64,000 bases of DNA from an uncultured Candidatus Saccharibacteria bacterium (GCA_964496425.1 CAZBZO010000001.1:7265-71264); one strand, 5' to 3'; numbered from the stretch's first letter, positions 27,423 through 36,981 are shown. Numbers and translations: made by a program. The notes: generated from the sequence alone by a model not told the origin.

Positions 27423-28322
27423 ATGAATAAAGAATTTGAATGGACCGGCCACGCCATGGGCACCGAATACGCAATCGCCATCGTCTGCCCTGAAGCGGCT
27501 CAGGCGGAGGCGCTCTCTCTTGTCGCCCGAGCTGACATAGAAGCTGCCGAGGCACGATTTTCAAGATTTTTAGCCGACAGTGAGCTCTCAATCCTCAACC
27601 GCACAAAAAGTCAGATAGTCTCTCAAGCGTTTTTTGATGCCACCGCAAAAGCGTACGAGCTCTACCAAAAAACCGACGGCTATTTCAATCCGCTTCTTCA
27701 AATCGCCCGTCACGGCTACACTGAAAATTTTGCTGATATGAAAAAAGATGACAGAAGTGCAAACGTCTTGCCCTACAATATCGACTTTTCAAAAGTAGAA
27801 ATGGATCCAAAAACACTTCGGATCACTCTAAAAGCGGATCAAGCATTGGATTATGGCGGATTTCTAAAAGGATACATCGCACAAGTGATCGCCGACCATA
27901 TACACAAAGAAAATCCTGAAGTATCCGGCGTAGTCATAAATATCGGCGGCGACATCTGTGCGCGAGGCGTCGATGCAAACGGTGATCCATTTGTTTTTGC
28001 AATCTACAATCCGCATACAGGCACAAGTGATATAGAAGTCATACTTGATAATAAAAGTCTGGCCACAAGCGGCACCTATAAACGCAACTGGAAACGAGAC
28101 GGAAAAAAAATCCACCATATCCTCGATAAAACCGGGCTACACAATCCCGCAAGTGACATCGTCTCAGTAAGCATCGTCCATGCCGATGGAGCACTGGCCG
28201 AAGCCTACACCAAAGAAGTACTGTCGCTCTCCGACAGCGAGGCAGAATCCTTTGCAGAGCGCACAGAGATCGGGTTGGTCATGATCGATCGCAATGGAAC
28301 AGTAAAAAAATATTTGTCATGA
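27423..28322 (+). CDS. FAD:protein FMN transferase (ApbE family)
   Basis: Has the ApbE fold motifs (MGTEYAIAIV...; GGFLKGY; GGDICARG). Its stop codon overlaps the next start (ATGA). Confidence 0.78.
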   Translation: MNKEFEWTGHAMGTEYAIAIVCPEAAQAEALSLVARADIEAAEARFSRFLADSELSILNRTKSQIVSQAFFDATAKAYELYQKTDGYFNPLLQIARHGYTENFADMKKDDRSANVLPYNIDFSKVEMDPKTLRITLKADQALDYGGFLKGYIAQVIADHIHKENPEVSGVVINIGGDICARGVDANGDPFVFAIYNPHTGTSDIEVILDNKSLATSGTYKRNWKRDGKKIHHILDKTGLHNPASDIVSVSIVHADGALAEAYTKEVLSLSDSEAESFAERTEIGLVMIDRNGTVKKYLS

Positions 28323-28939
28323 AACTCTATTTCAAAACAATTCAATACGCACAAGAAATACTTGTTATCAGTGGGATTGTAGTCCTGGCATTTTTTCCCC
28401 TCGTACTGATATTCGCACGCGACACTATTGGAAGTGCAGACATTCAACACATCTACAGCATTTCTCACATTTTTTTGTTCTTCGTAATGATCGTGAGGCC
28501 ACTGGCAGATATTTTCACTGGCGTATCCTGGCTACGGCCACTGGTCATACTTCGTAAAGGCGCGGGTGTACTGTCCGCTTCAATCGTTGTTTCTTTTATC
28601 ATCGCCAAGATCATCGTTGATCCGCTCGGATACCTCTCTGGGATCGTCACACTGCCCTACTGGTCTCTCGTCGACTATGCCGTACTCGGACATGTGGCTG
28701 ATATTTCTGCCATCATCCTCCTTGTCACATCGAATAATTTTTCAAAGCGAATCCTCGGATCATGGTGGAAAAAAGTCCAGAAGCTTGCCTATGTGTATTT
28801 TTACGGCAGTGCGCTCTATGTGTATTTGGCATACGGTACACACGACATGCTGGTTGCTATTGTGATCGTTACAATTTTAACTTTGGTCGCCTTTATTAAA
28901 AATAAGAGAAAAACACAATATGAAAATAAAAAAATTTAG
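28319..28939 (+). CDS. Ferric-reductase-like transmembrane (heme b) domain protein
   Basis: Six TM helices with conserved His residues in the helices. It is co-oriented with, and overlaps, the next gene. Confidence 0.5.
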   Translation: MKLYFKTIQYAQEILVISGIVVLAFFPLVLIFARDTIGSADIQHIYSISHIFLFFVMIVRPLADIFTGVSWLRPLVILRKGAGVLSASIVVSFIIAKIIVDPLGYLSGIVTLPYWSLVDYAVLGHVADISAIILLVTSNNFSKRILGSWWKKVQKLAYVYFYGSALYVYLAYGTHDMLVAIVIVTILTLVAFIKNKRKTQYENKKI

Positions 28940-29621
28940 AGGTGTAATAACTGCGGTGAGGGATTTATCCGAGACCGCTAAGGAAGTTGAAATTGCGATT
29001 TCCGAGGATATTGATTTTATCCCTGGCTCATTTGTAAATGTCTTTATGACGATTGATGGCGAAATAGTGCGGCGAGCATTTTCGATCGTCTCCTATGACA
29101 ACGTACACCATACTATCACCTTAGCAGTGCGACTGAGTCCGGAAGGCGTACTGACGCCACTTTTTTGGAAAAGAAATATGATCGGCGAACAGGTCGAGCT
29201 GATGGGTCCTTTGGGTCTCAATACCGCTGATAAGATGCACCATAGAAAGATTTACCTGTTTGGTTTTGGAGTCGGTGCTGGCGTCGTCCGATCACTGGCT
29301 GATCATTTTAGCGGACAAAAGACAATCGAGCAGTTGGTTATCATGACCGGCAGCAAGTATGAAGAAGATATCCTGTACAAAGCACATTTCGATGGGCTCG
29401 CCCGCATATCTCCCTACGTATCAACATCCTATGTCGTTTCGCGTAACACCCTGGATTCTAAAATTCCTAAGGGCTACCTGCAAGATCATATCGGAGGCAT
29501 GGATTTTAATAATGCCGATGTCTATGTCTGCGGACAAGAAGCTGCCTGTGTGGCACTTACTGAAAAAATAAAACATCAAAATCCTGTTAATTGTAGTTTT
29601 TTTATCGAGGGATTTCATTAA
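28920..29621 (+). CDS. FNR-like FAD/NAD(P)-binding oxidoreductase domain protein
   Basis: RAFSIVS is the RxYS FAD motif. The GFGVGAGV nucleotide-binding glycine loop is present. Confidence 0.7.
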   Translation: MKIKKFRGVITAVRDLSETAKEVEIAISEDIDFIPGSFVNVFMTIDGEIVRRAFSIVSYDNVHHTITLAVRLSPEGVLTPLFWKRNMIGEQVELMGPLGLNTADKMHHRKIYLFGFGVGAGVVRSLADHFSGQKTIEQLVIMTGSKYEEDILYKAHFDGLARISPYVSTSYVVSRNTLDSKIPKGYLQDHIGGMDFNNADVYVCGQEAACVALTEKIKHQNPVNCSFFIEGFH

Positions 29622-29650
29622 TTGTTTTACCGATGATTTAGGCAATAAAA

Positions 29651-29680
29651 AATGGGAGATACTTTAATGTATCTCCCATT
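29651..29680 (+). terminator. 12-bp-stem hairpin AATGGGAGATAC/GTATCTCCCATT downstream of 28920-29621
   Basis: Read directly. The T-tract after it is weak. Confidence 0.45.
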
Positions 29681-30104
29681 CTCCTTTCACTCAATTTATT
29701 CAAAACCATTTATAATGACAACCACGACGGTTGGAGTATTCTCCCCGTACGCCTTCTCTCGCACACAATCTTCCTCGCGGCGTACGGGCCTACCGTGTCC
29801 AGCACACAGTATCTTAAATATCTTTCTTATATTATAGCAACAAAATCTACTCTTGTCAACTATAATAAAAATGGAGGCGTAGCGTTTAAACTACACCTCC
29901 TTTGCGCACAAGCCGTCATCCCGTTAGCAAGTGCGCTATTTTTGATGTCACACAAAGTGACTTAATTTCGGCCGCATGCCATTAGTTCTAAAACCCATAA
30001 TAACTAATGTGCATGCGGTTGCTTAAGAACCCTAAAAAGAACAAGGGTATTTAAAGCCTAACAGAAGCGATATGTTTGTCAACAAAATGAGTTAATCAGC
30101 CAAA

Positions 30105-30135
30105 CAAAAAAGCCCCGATTGATGGGCTTCTTTGT
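30105..30135 (-). terminator. Rho-independent terminator for 30153-30503 (bidirectional A/T flanks)
   Basis: Minus strand reads AAGCCC-atcaatcg-GGGCTT followed by TTTTGTTTGG. Confidence 0.65.
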
Positions 30136-30152
30136 TTCGAAGATAAGATGAT

Positions 30153-30503
30153 TTAGTTTTCTGGAACCACGATAGAGTCAGTCGTATCCTCTTGGATAAA
30201 AACTGGCATACCGCTATACATCATTGGGGAGATCATTTGATGACCGTAGCTTCTACTTCCCTCAAACCGGCCTTTCATTTCACCGATATTAAGCCCGACG
30301 CAAAAGACGCCGAGTATAATGAGAAGTCCTAAAAACCAGCGGAGAAAATAATGTTTGTATGTACAAGAGAGTCCATAGTTTCGTCCACCGCAGCCGCAGC
30401 CACAGTTTCCTCCTCCCATACCACATCCGCAGCCGCCACCATTGCAACAACTGCCTCCACCTTGATGAATATTCATATTTTCGCTCATTTTTTTATTTTC
30501 CAT
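30153..30503 (-). CDS. Cys/Gly-rich membrane-anchored protein (metal-binding-like N-terminus)
   Basis: The N-terminal segment GGGSCCNGGGCGCGMGGGNCGCGCGG is followed by one TM helix and a 45-aa C-terminal tail. Confidence 0.5.
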   Translation of the reverse strand: MENKKMSENMNIHQGGGSCCNGGGCGCGMGGGNCGCGCGGRNYGLSCTYKHYFLRWFLGLLIILGVFCVGLNIGEMKGRFEGSRSYGHQMISPMMYSGMPVFIQEDTTDSIVVPEN

Positions 30504-30639
30504 GAATGTTTCTTTTATTCTTACGACCTTTGATACATACAGTATACTAAAAGTCTGCCAAAAAAGTAAATTTGTGTGTACTAAAACACATCACGAGCGT
30601 AGATTTACTCCTCGGAAGCTATGCTATACTAAAGCATCT

Positions 30640-31368
30640 ATGGATGATAAAAACGTTCGACCGTCTAAAAAAATTGCTCACCTCACTCTCGATCAAATAC
30701 GCACGCACTGTCTCGAAGAAGCAGGGGCTGATAAGACGCAAGCGCGCGTCTGCCGTATCAACGAAGAGCTTGCGCAAGGTTTTACCGATGTCGGACAATA
30801 TCCGCGCTCCGTCACCTTCTATGGCTCTGCCCGCTTCACTGAAGAGCACCCGGCATATATCCAAGCTCGAAGAATAGCCAACCGCATCTCGACCGAACTT
30901 GGATTTACGGTCATCACTGGTGGCGGCCCTGGCATCATGGAAGCCGCCAATCGCGGTGCGTTTGAAGCTAAAGGCAATTCCGTCGGTCTTACCATCAAGC
31001 TCCCGACCGAACAATTCGACAACCCGTACCTTACTGACAGTGTTCCCTTCTATTTCTTCTTCGCTCGCAAAGTGGCGCTGTCGTTTGCAGCTGAAACAGC
31101 ACTTTTTTTCCCGGGCGGCTTTGGTACGCTTGATGAATTTTTCGAAATTATTACTCTTGCGCAAACCGGCAAGATTCCGCCGTTACCACTTGTCTTGGTT
31201 GGAAAATCTTTCTGGGATCCGATCGCAACCTTGATGGAGAGACATCTCTACGAGACCTATGGCACCATCAATCGAGAAGATCTCAAGCTCTATACGATCA
31301 CTGACGATGATGATGTCGTGATTGATATTATCCGCAAAGCAAAAAGTCGCACTGACTTACAGGAATAA
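30640..31368 (+). CDS. LOG family protein (TIGR00730; cytokinin riboside 5'-monophosphate phosphoribohydrolase-like)
   Basis: GGGPGIMEAANRGA and PGGFGTLDE are the LOG motifs. The start was moved to the in-frame ATG at 30640. The ORF track begins at 30502. Confidence 0.85.
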   Translation: MDDKNVRPSKKIAHLTLDQIRTHCLEEAGADKTQARVCRINEELAQGFTDVGQYPRSVTFYGSARFTEEHPAYIQARRIANRISTELGFTVITGGGPGIMEAANRGAFEAKGNSVGLTIKLPTEQFDNPYLTDSVPFYFFFARKVALSFAAETALFFPGGFGTLDEFFEIITLAQTGKIPPLPLVLVGKSFWDPIATLMERHLYETYGTINREDLKLYTITDDDDVVIDIIRKAKSRTDLQE

Positions 31369-31373
31369 AAGAA

Positions 31374-31409
31374 AAACTCCCGATTGCGGGAGTTTTTCTT
31401 TTATTTTTT
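31374..31409. terminator. Bidirectional rho-independent terminator between LOG and pyrG
   Basis: AACTCCCG-attg-CGGGAGTT, flanked by an A-run on one side and TTTTCTTTTATTTTTT on the other. Confidence 0.7.
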
Positions 31410-33050
31410 AATACATGCTTTTACGAAAGCAGTAAACAGTGGATGCGGCGTAAGTGGTCTACCCTTGAGCTCTGGATGAAACTGCGTGCCTAAGAAAAAT
31501 GGATGCACTTTTTTTGGAAGCTCAGCGATCTCCATCAAGACGCCGTCGGGCGAACGACCTGAGAATACGAGGCCCGCTTTTTCAAGCTCTGGAATAAATA
31601 CTGGATTGACTTCATAGCGATGACGATGACGCTCGGAAATAGTTTTGCTGCCATAGGCGGTAGATGCAATAGTGCCTTCTTTGAGCACAGCAGGATACGC
31701 ACCAAGGCGCATGGTCGCTCCATAGCGATGGGAATTTATATTCTCTTTTTGAGACTCCATAATATCGATCACGGGATATTTTGATTTTGGATCAACTTCG
31801 CGCGTATTGGCACCTTTCAAGCCAAGCACATTTCTAGCATATTCAATGGTTGCGAGCTGCATACCATAACAGAGACCGAAGAATGGGATCTTGTTTTTGC
31901 GAACATATTCAATGACTTTTATTTTTCCTTCCACGCCGCGGGCGCCAAATCCTCCAGGAACGATCACGCCATCATATTTTTTAAGTTCAGCAAGTTTCTT
32001 CTTACCTGTTTCAAAATCCACCGCACTCATCCAGGTCAAAACTGGTTTTCTTTTTTGGGCGTACGCAGAATATTTGATTGATTCGATGACAGAAAGATAC
32101 GCATCAGACAAGATATAGTCGCCGGTATCAAAATACTTACCGACAATGGCAATACGAACCTCGCCCGAGGGATGATGCACAGCCGAAGTAAACCGTTTCC
32201 ACGCTGTAATTTTTTCATTGACCGGATTGCCACACTTGAGTCCGAGCAATTCACATAAGAGATTGCTAACACCTTCTTTTTCAAAATTGGTCGGTACATC
32301 ATACACACTTGAGACATCAGGAGCAGAAATAACGCGGCCTCTTGGAACATTGCAGAAAAATGAAATTTTTTCTTTGCGCTTTTCGTCGAGTGGCATATCG
32401 CTTCGAGCAATAATCACATCCGGCTGTACGCCTGAGGCATTGAGTGTACGGACTGCGTACTGGGTCGGTTTGGTCTTCATTTCACCTATTTTGGATGGGA
32501 CTGGAAGATACGACACCATGACAGTAAAGACATCGTTGGGCGTTTCGATTTTCATCATACGAATCGCTTCAAGAAAGAGGACACTTTGGTATTCTCCGAC
32601 AGTACCTCCCACTTCCACGATTACTACATCAGCTTTGGCTAAGCTTTGGGCTTTTTTGATACGATCGATCACTTCCATCGGCACATGAGGCACTACTTCG
32701 ACGCATTTGCCACCGTATTCCATGCTGCGTTCGCGATGAATAACACTTTCATAGACGCGCCCAGTTGTCATGTAATTGATACGAGTCAGATCAATATTCA
32801 AAAAGCGCTCATAGTTGCCCATATCTTGATCTGTTTCATCGCCGTCATCGAGCACAAAAACTTCTCCGTGCTCAGTCGGATTCATGGTGCCAGCATCAAC
32901 GTTGATATACGGATCAATCTTAATGGCGGTCACGGTAAGCCCGCGATCCTGCAAAATTTTTCCAATTGACGACGTGGTAATCCCCTTTCCAACACCAGAG
33001 ATGACACCACCCACAACGAATATGTACTTGGGCTCGCGTTTGTTTGCCAT
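31401..33050 (-). CDS. pyrG: CTP synthase
   Basis: Synthetase domain (GGVISGVGKG...) plus a GATase domain with GLCYGMQ and a HPE triad. Confidence 0.95.
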   Translation of the reverse strand: MANKREPKYIFVVGGVISGVGKGITTSSIGKILQDRGLTVTAIKIDPYINVDAGTMNPTEHGEVFVLDDGDETDQDMGNYERFLNIDLTRINYMTTGRVYESVIHRERSMEYGGKCVEVVPHVPMEVIDRIKKAQSLAKADVVIVEVGGTVGEYQSVLFLEAIRMMKIETPNDVFTVMVSYLPVPSKIGEMKTKPTQYAVRTLNASGVQPDVIIARSDMPLDEKRKEKISFFCNVPRGRVISAPDVSSVYDVPTNFEKEGVSNLLCELLGLKCGNPVNEKITAWKRFTSAVHHPSGEVRIAIVGKYFDTGDYILSDAYLSVIESIKYSAYAQKRKPVLTWMSAVDFETGKKKLAELKKYDGVIVPGGFGARGVEGKIKVIEYVRKNKIPFFGLCYGMQLATIEYARNVLGLKGANTREVDPKSKYPVIDIMESQKENINSHRYGATMRLGAYPAVLKEGTIASTAYGSKTISERHRHRYEVNPVFIPELEKAGLVFSGRSPDGVLMEIAELPKKVHPFFLGTQFHPELKGRPLTPHPLFTAFVKACIKK

Positions 33051-33058
33051 AAAATTTT

Positions 33059-33991
33059 TTATCGTGACAGATACCGTCTAATTGCTAGTAAGCTTGAAAT
33101 CACACCGAGTGTAATGCCTGAGAAAAACAAAATGGCGAAGATTTGCAGGAAATTGGCTTTGTAATAATCGAAAACATTTATACCAAGAAAATCACTCATG
33201 TGCGTGCCAAGCCAGAGCGATATCGGAACGAAAAGTAAAATGGTAACAATTGTTGCAATGATACCATAGACAACACCCTGGATCACAAACGGGCCTTCGA
33301 TATAGCGGTTGCCAGCGCCCACGAGGCGCATAATAGCGATCTCTTCACGAGCGAAGTAGATAGTGAGGCGAATAGTATTGAAAGAGATAATGATAGAAAT
33401 CGCGATCAGCAAGAGCGTGATCAAAAGTCCGAGCTTATCCGCTGCTTTGATAATTTTTTGCAGTTTCTCAATAACCAGGCGCTTCTGCTCTTGGTTGTAG
33501 TCAGTACTTGAAACACTGCCAAGCGCATCTTTGGAAAGCGTGTCACCGCCGTTATTTAAAAATTTGGTAATACCTTCGTACTGAGAAATGTCGCGCGCTG
33601 TGATATTGAGCGATGGTTCAAGTGGATTGGCATCAAGCTCATCGAGGGCTTGAAGTGTGGTTTCATCCCCGGCATGTTTGACCCGAAATGTCGCCAGAGC
33701 TTGTTCGCTCGAAATATATTCTACGGCTGCTACCTCTGGGAGCTTTTCAAGAGACGACTTGAGGTTGGCGATCGCATCCTCGTCCGTGCCGACGGCGAAG
33801 GAAACGGTAATATCAACTTTGTTTTCTATTTGAGTGAGCGACGCATGGAGGGCTGCTTGTAAAAATATAAGCGTCAGGATAACCGAGAGCGTAATCGTCA
33901 CGACTAACACAGAGGCCATAGAGACGATACCGTTTCTCTTGAAATTGATCAGCCCTGAGCGAACTATTCTTTTGTAATCGAGGAAAATCAT
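33059..33991 (-). CDS. ftsX: Cell division ABC transporter permease FtsX
   Basis: Four-TM FtsX topology with a large extracytoplasmic loop. It sits immediately downstream of ftsE. Confidence 0.85.
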   Translation of the reverse strand: MIFLDYKRIVRSGLINFKRNGIVSMASVLVVTITLSVILTLIFLQAALHASLTQIENKVDITVSFAVGTDEDAIANLKSSLEKLPEVAAVEYISSEQALATFRVKHAGDETTLQALDELDANPLEPSLNITARDISQYEGITKFLNNGGDTLSKDALGSVSSTDYNQEQKRLVIEKLQKIIKAADKLGLLITLLLIAISIIISFNTIRLTIYFAREEIAIMRLVGAGNRYIEGPFVIQGVVYGIIATIVTILLFVPISLWLGTHMSDFLGINVFDYYKANFLQIFAILFFSGITLGVISSLLAIRRYLSR

Positions 33992-33993
33992 AT

Positions 33994-34674
33994 TTAAATT
34001 GCGTACTTGCCGTCTGTATTATCACGCACTACCTTACCACCTTCAAGCGTGATCACCCGGCGCCCTATTGAGTCTATCACACCGCGATTGTGGGTCGTAA
34101 GAATAACCGTGGTACCAAGATCATTGATCTTTTTTAGTATCTGCACTACTTCGTAGGTATTGATCGGATCGAGGTTGCCTGTCGGCTCATCTGCAATGAT
34201 CACTTCGGGTTGATTGATAATAGCGCGTGCAATCGCTAAGCGTTGCTGCTCGCCACCGGAGAGCTGGTGGGGAAAGTTGTAGGCACGGCTCGAAAGATCC
34301 ACGAGCTCAAGCACATGCGGCACGTCGGAAGCTATTTCATCATCGGGTTTGCCGGCACTTTCCATAGCGAATGCAATATTTTCATATGCATTTTTATTTG
34401 GCAAAAGACGGAAATCTTGAAATACCGTGCCTATCCGACGACGCAGCTTGCGAATATCTTTGGTCGGCAATCCGTGAATATCGAGTGATTCGAAAAATAC
34501 TTTTCCTGCAGTCGGCCGCTCTTCAGCTAAAATAAGCTTGATGAGAGTGGTCTTCCCTGCTCCAGAATGTCCGACGATCGATACAAATTCTCCCGCACTC
34601 ACTGAAAAATTAATACCGTCGAGTGAGACGGAACCGTTGGGGTATACTTTTGAAACTCCGTTGAAATAAATCAT
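33994..34674 (-). CDS. ftsE: Cell division ATP-binding protein FtsE
   Basis: Walker A GHSGAGKTT, the ABC signature LSGGEQQR, and Walker B IIADEPTGNLD. Confidence 0.92.
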   Translation of the reverse strand: MIYFNGVSKVYPNGSVSLDGINFSVSAGEFVSIVGHSGAGKTTLIKLILAEERPTAGKVFFESLDIHGLPTKDIRKLRRRIGTVFQDFRLLPNKNAYENIAFAMESAGKPDDEIASDVPHVLELVDLSSRAYNFPHQLSGGEQQRLAIARAIINQPEVIIADEPTGNLDPINTYEVVQILKKINDLGTTVILTTHNRGVIDSIGRRVITLEGGKVVRDNTDGKYAI

Positions 34675-34833
34675 GAGGATGGTACATAGTGTGTAGAAAA
34701 TAATAAATAGAAAAACAAATTGCCGTTTTTCATACCTACAACCTTCACACTACAACCAGGTCATTATACCCCAAAACAAGGAATACAAAAAATAGTCTAT
34801 TTCAACTACCCGTAGGCAAATCAAACTCTCTAT

Positions 34834-35715
34834 TTAGAGCTTTTTCTCCGCTTCAATAAAGAGCTCGAGCGCCCCCTCAAGAAGGACACTATCGACATCG
34901 GAGGTTTCTACGCCAGTGCGATGGTCTTTAACCATCTTATACGGATGAACAACATAGGAGCGGATCTGGTTGCCCCATTCTATATCAGTCGTGCGAGCGA
35001 TTTGCATGCTTTCTGCTAGGTCTTTTTGTTCATCTTGGGCTTTTTTAAACAGTTTGCCTCGAAGAATCTCTAGAGCGCGCTCTTTGTTTTGCTCTTGGGA
35101 GCGCTCCTCGCGGACTAAAATACTGATACCGGTCGGTGTGTGCGTCACGCGCACTGCCGTCTCGCGCTTGTTGACGTTTTGCCCGCCTGGACCGCCAGCT
35201 CGAGCAAAATCGACTTCCACATCAGCATCATGGAGCTCAGGCATTAGCGCTTTTGGAATTTTGGGTACCACTTCCACCAATGCAAAGGACGTATGGCGGA
35301 GCTTTTTGGAATTGAACGGCGAAATCCGCACCAAGCGATGCACACCACTCTCCCGACCCAAAAGTCCGTAGGCACCGGCACCTGACACTTCGATACTTAG
35401 GTTGCGATAACCGCCGTGATCATTTTGGTTTTCATGGATAAGCGAATACGAAAGTTTGGCGCGTGAAAAATATTGTCGATACATTTCAAATAACATTCGA
35501 GCAAAATCTTCAGCATCATCTCCACCAGCGCCGGCCAAAATACTCATAATAGCTGAGCCACGGTCAAATCCACCGACGCCTTCTTTTTTATCTTTGAGCG
35601 CTTGGAGTTTTCGTACTGCCGTCTGGGCTTTTTCCTTATCATCCCAAAAATGAGCTTCACCCATGGCTGCTTCAATTTCTGCTATTTCTTTTTCAATATC
35701 GTGTACGGTTTCCAT
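34834..35715 (-). CDS. prfB: Peptide chain release factor 2 (short N-terminus, no programmed frameshift site visible)
   Basis: SPF tripeptide (RISPFNS) and GGQNVNK are present. The start abuts tRNA-Thr. No upstream short ORF or CTTTGA shift site was found. Confidence 0.85.
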   Translation of the reverse strand: METVHDIEKEIAEIEAAMGEAHFWDDKEKAQTAVRKLQALKDKKEGVGGFDRGSAIMSILAGAGGDDAEDFARMLFEMYRQYFSRAKLSYSLIHENQNDHGGYRNLSIEVSGAGAYGLLGRESGVHRLVRISPFNSKKLRHTSFALVEVVPKIPKALMPELHDADVEVDFARAGGPGGQNVNKRETAVRVTHTPTGISILVREERSQEQNKERALEILRGKLFKKAQDEQKDLAESMQIARTTDIEWGNQIRSYVVHPYKMVKDHRTGVETSDVDSVLLEGALELFIEAEKKL

Positions 35716-35741
35716 AGTATATATAGTATCTTATTTCAATG

Positions 35742-35814
35742 AGCCAGTGGTCGGGATTGAACCGACGACCCCGTCTTTACGAAAGACGTGCTCTACCAAC
35801 TGAGCTACACTGGC
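35742..35814 (-). tRNA. tRNA-Thr (anticodon CGU)
   Basis: Hand-folded. Acceptor is GCCAGTG/CACTGGC. Anticodon stem CGTCT/AGACG with loop TTCGTAA. T-arm is GTCGG-TTCAATC-CCGAC. Confidence 0.8.
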
Positions 35815-35832
35815 AAACTTTAAACGTCATAC

Positions 35833-35855
35833 CTACCAAAACAGCTACACTGGCA
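35833..35855 (-). pseudogene. Partial tRNA-Thr 5'-half remnant (CTACCAAAACAGCTACACTGGCA)
   Basis: Matches the D-arm/acceptor 5' portion of the adjacent tRNA-Thr genes. There is no 3' half. Confidence 0.5.
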
Positions 35856-35897
35856 TATTTATCTGTAGATTATAAATTTACATCTACGACAATCTAG

Positions 35898-35970
35898 AGC
35901 CGTTGATCGGGATTGAACCGATGACCTCGTCATTACCAATGACGTGCTCTACCAACTGAGCTACAACGGC
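35898..35970 (-). tRNA. tRNA-Thr (anticodon GGU)
   Basis: Hand-folded. Acceptor is GCCGTTG/CAACGGC. Anticodon stem CGTCA/TGACG with loop TTGGTAA. Confidence 0.8.
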
Positions 35971-36020
35971 AAACTGGGCGAATCATACTATATATAGTGG
36001 ATATTTTCAATTTAAAATAG

Positions 36021-36050
36021 AAAAAGCTCTGTCTCCAAAAGAGCAGATTT
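36021..36050 (-). terminator. Rho-independent terminator downstream of tRNA-fMet
   Basis: Minus strand reads GCTCT-tttggagac-AGAGC followed by TTTTTCTATTTT. Confidence 0.55.
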
Positions 36051-36073
36051 TTCGTATTAAAAACTTAGACATA

Positions 36074-36144
36074 AAACCGATTGTTGCGGGGAGCCGACTC
36101 GAACGGCTGTCTCCAGGTTATGAGCCTGACGAGATACCACTTCT
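36074..36144 (-). tRNA. Initiator tRNA-fMet (anticodon CAU)
   Basis: 5' CGCGGGG and 3' CCCCGCA give the C1xA72 mismatch. The A11:U24 pair and the CTCATAA anticodon loop are present. The overall sequence is close to E. coli tRNA-fMet. Confidence 0.8.
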
Positions 36145-36225
36145 CTACCCCGCGCGCTAGTGTGGATGTGATTATACGCAAAAATTGATTAAATGCAATA
36201 TGGGTATTTTACTGAAAAATAGATT

Positions 36226-36768
36226 TTATCGTAAAGTTCTTTTTATTTCATTATTTTCCAAAATTTCTTGAGGAAATTTAAACTCTTTATTGGTTTCAAT
36301 CTTCACAAATCGTACACCGAGATTATCAGCAAACTGGCGGTCAGTATCTCGGTCACCAAACATATAAGAGTTTTGAAGGTCAATTTTACCTTCTCTTTCG
36401 TTCAAGAATCCTTCAAGTCCGCCAATATTTGGCTTGCGACAATTACAACCTTCATCTGGTCCATGCGGGCACACCATAACAAAATCAAAAGTAACTCCTT
36501 CGGCGCCGAGCTCATCATTTATTCTTTGCATGACAGCATCAAAAACTTCTTTTGGGTGTTTCGAGCTTCCTAGAAAAGTTTGGTTGGTCACCATTACGAG
36601 CTTATACCCATTGTCAACGAGTTTTTTCAGATTCTCTTTCCCACCTTCCATAAAACGAAACTCTTCCATGCTTTTCAACGGAAAAGTTTCCCTCGGATCT
36701 ACTCCTTCAGGTTTCTCTGGCTCCCACAGAAAAGTTCCATCTCTATCTACAAACGCATATTTTTGCAT
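36226..36768 (-). CDS. HAD-IIIA phosphatase (D,D-heptose 1,7-bisphosphate phosphatase GmhB / histidinol-phosphatase-like)
   Basis: DRDGT motif I, CxCRKP region (CNCRKPNIG), and GDRDTD motif. Confidence 0.8.
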   Translation of the reverse strand: MQKYAFVDRDGTFLWEPEKPEGVDPRETFPLKSMEEFRFMEGGKENLKKLVDNGYKLVMVTNQTFLGSSKHPKEVFDAVMQRINDELGAEGVTFDFVMVCPHGPDEGCNCRKPNIGGLEGFLNEREGKIDLQNSYMFGDRDTDRQFADNLGVRFVKIETNKEFKFPQEILENNEIKRTLR

Positions 36769-36981
36769 GTTTAAATAGTACCACAGTTAAAGTCTGCTGT
36801 ACTAATTCAATTTTTGAAGCTTATTTATTAAGCCAAAAAGATGCGCAGACCGGAATCTTTCCCGCGACTTAAAATTTTTTGTCAAAAATTTTAGTCTGGG
36901 CACCGCCTCACGTTTTGACTGCTGTTAAAACATTGCTCCGGCGTTCAAGTCCTTAAAATGTTCCACATTTTATCGACTGCA

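Noticed and set aside
29690-30100. Possibility that the ORF-free region is RNase P RNA, tmRNA or SRP RNA
   Set aside because: I could not find the RNase P P4 elements, the tmRNA tRNA-like 3' end (GGTTCGA..CCA), or the SRP GGAA/AGCAGCC tetraloop motif by eye. It is kept only as a generic ncRNA candidate.
30502-30639. 46-codon N-terminal extension of the LOG-family ORF
   Set aside because: The conserved LOG domain begins after the internal ATG at 30640. The extension (MNVSFILTTFDTYSILKV...) has no counterpart in the family and overlaps the divergent promoter region.
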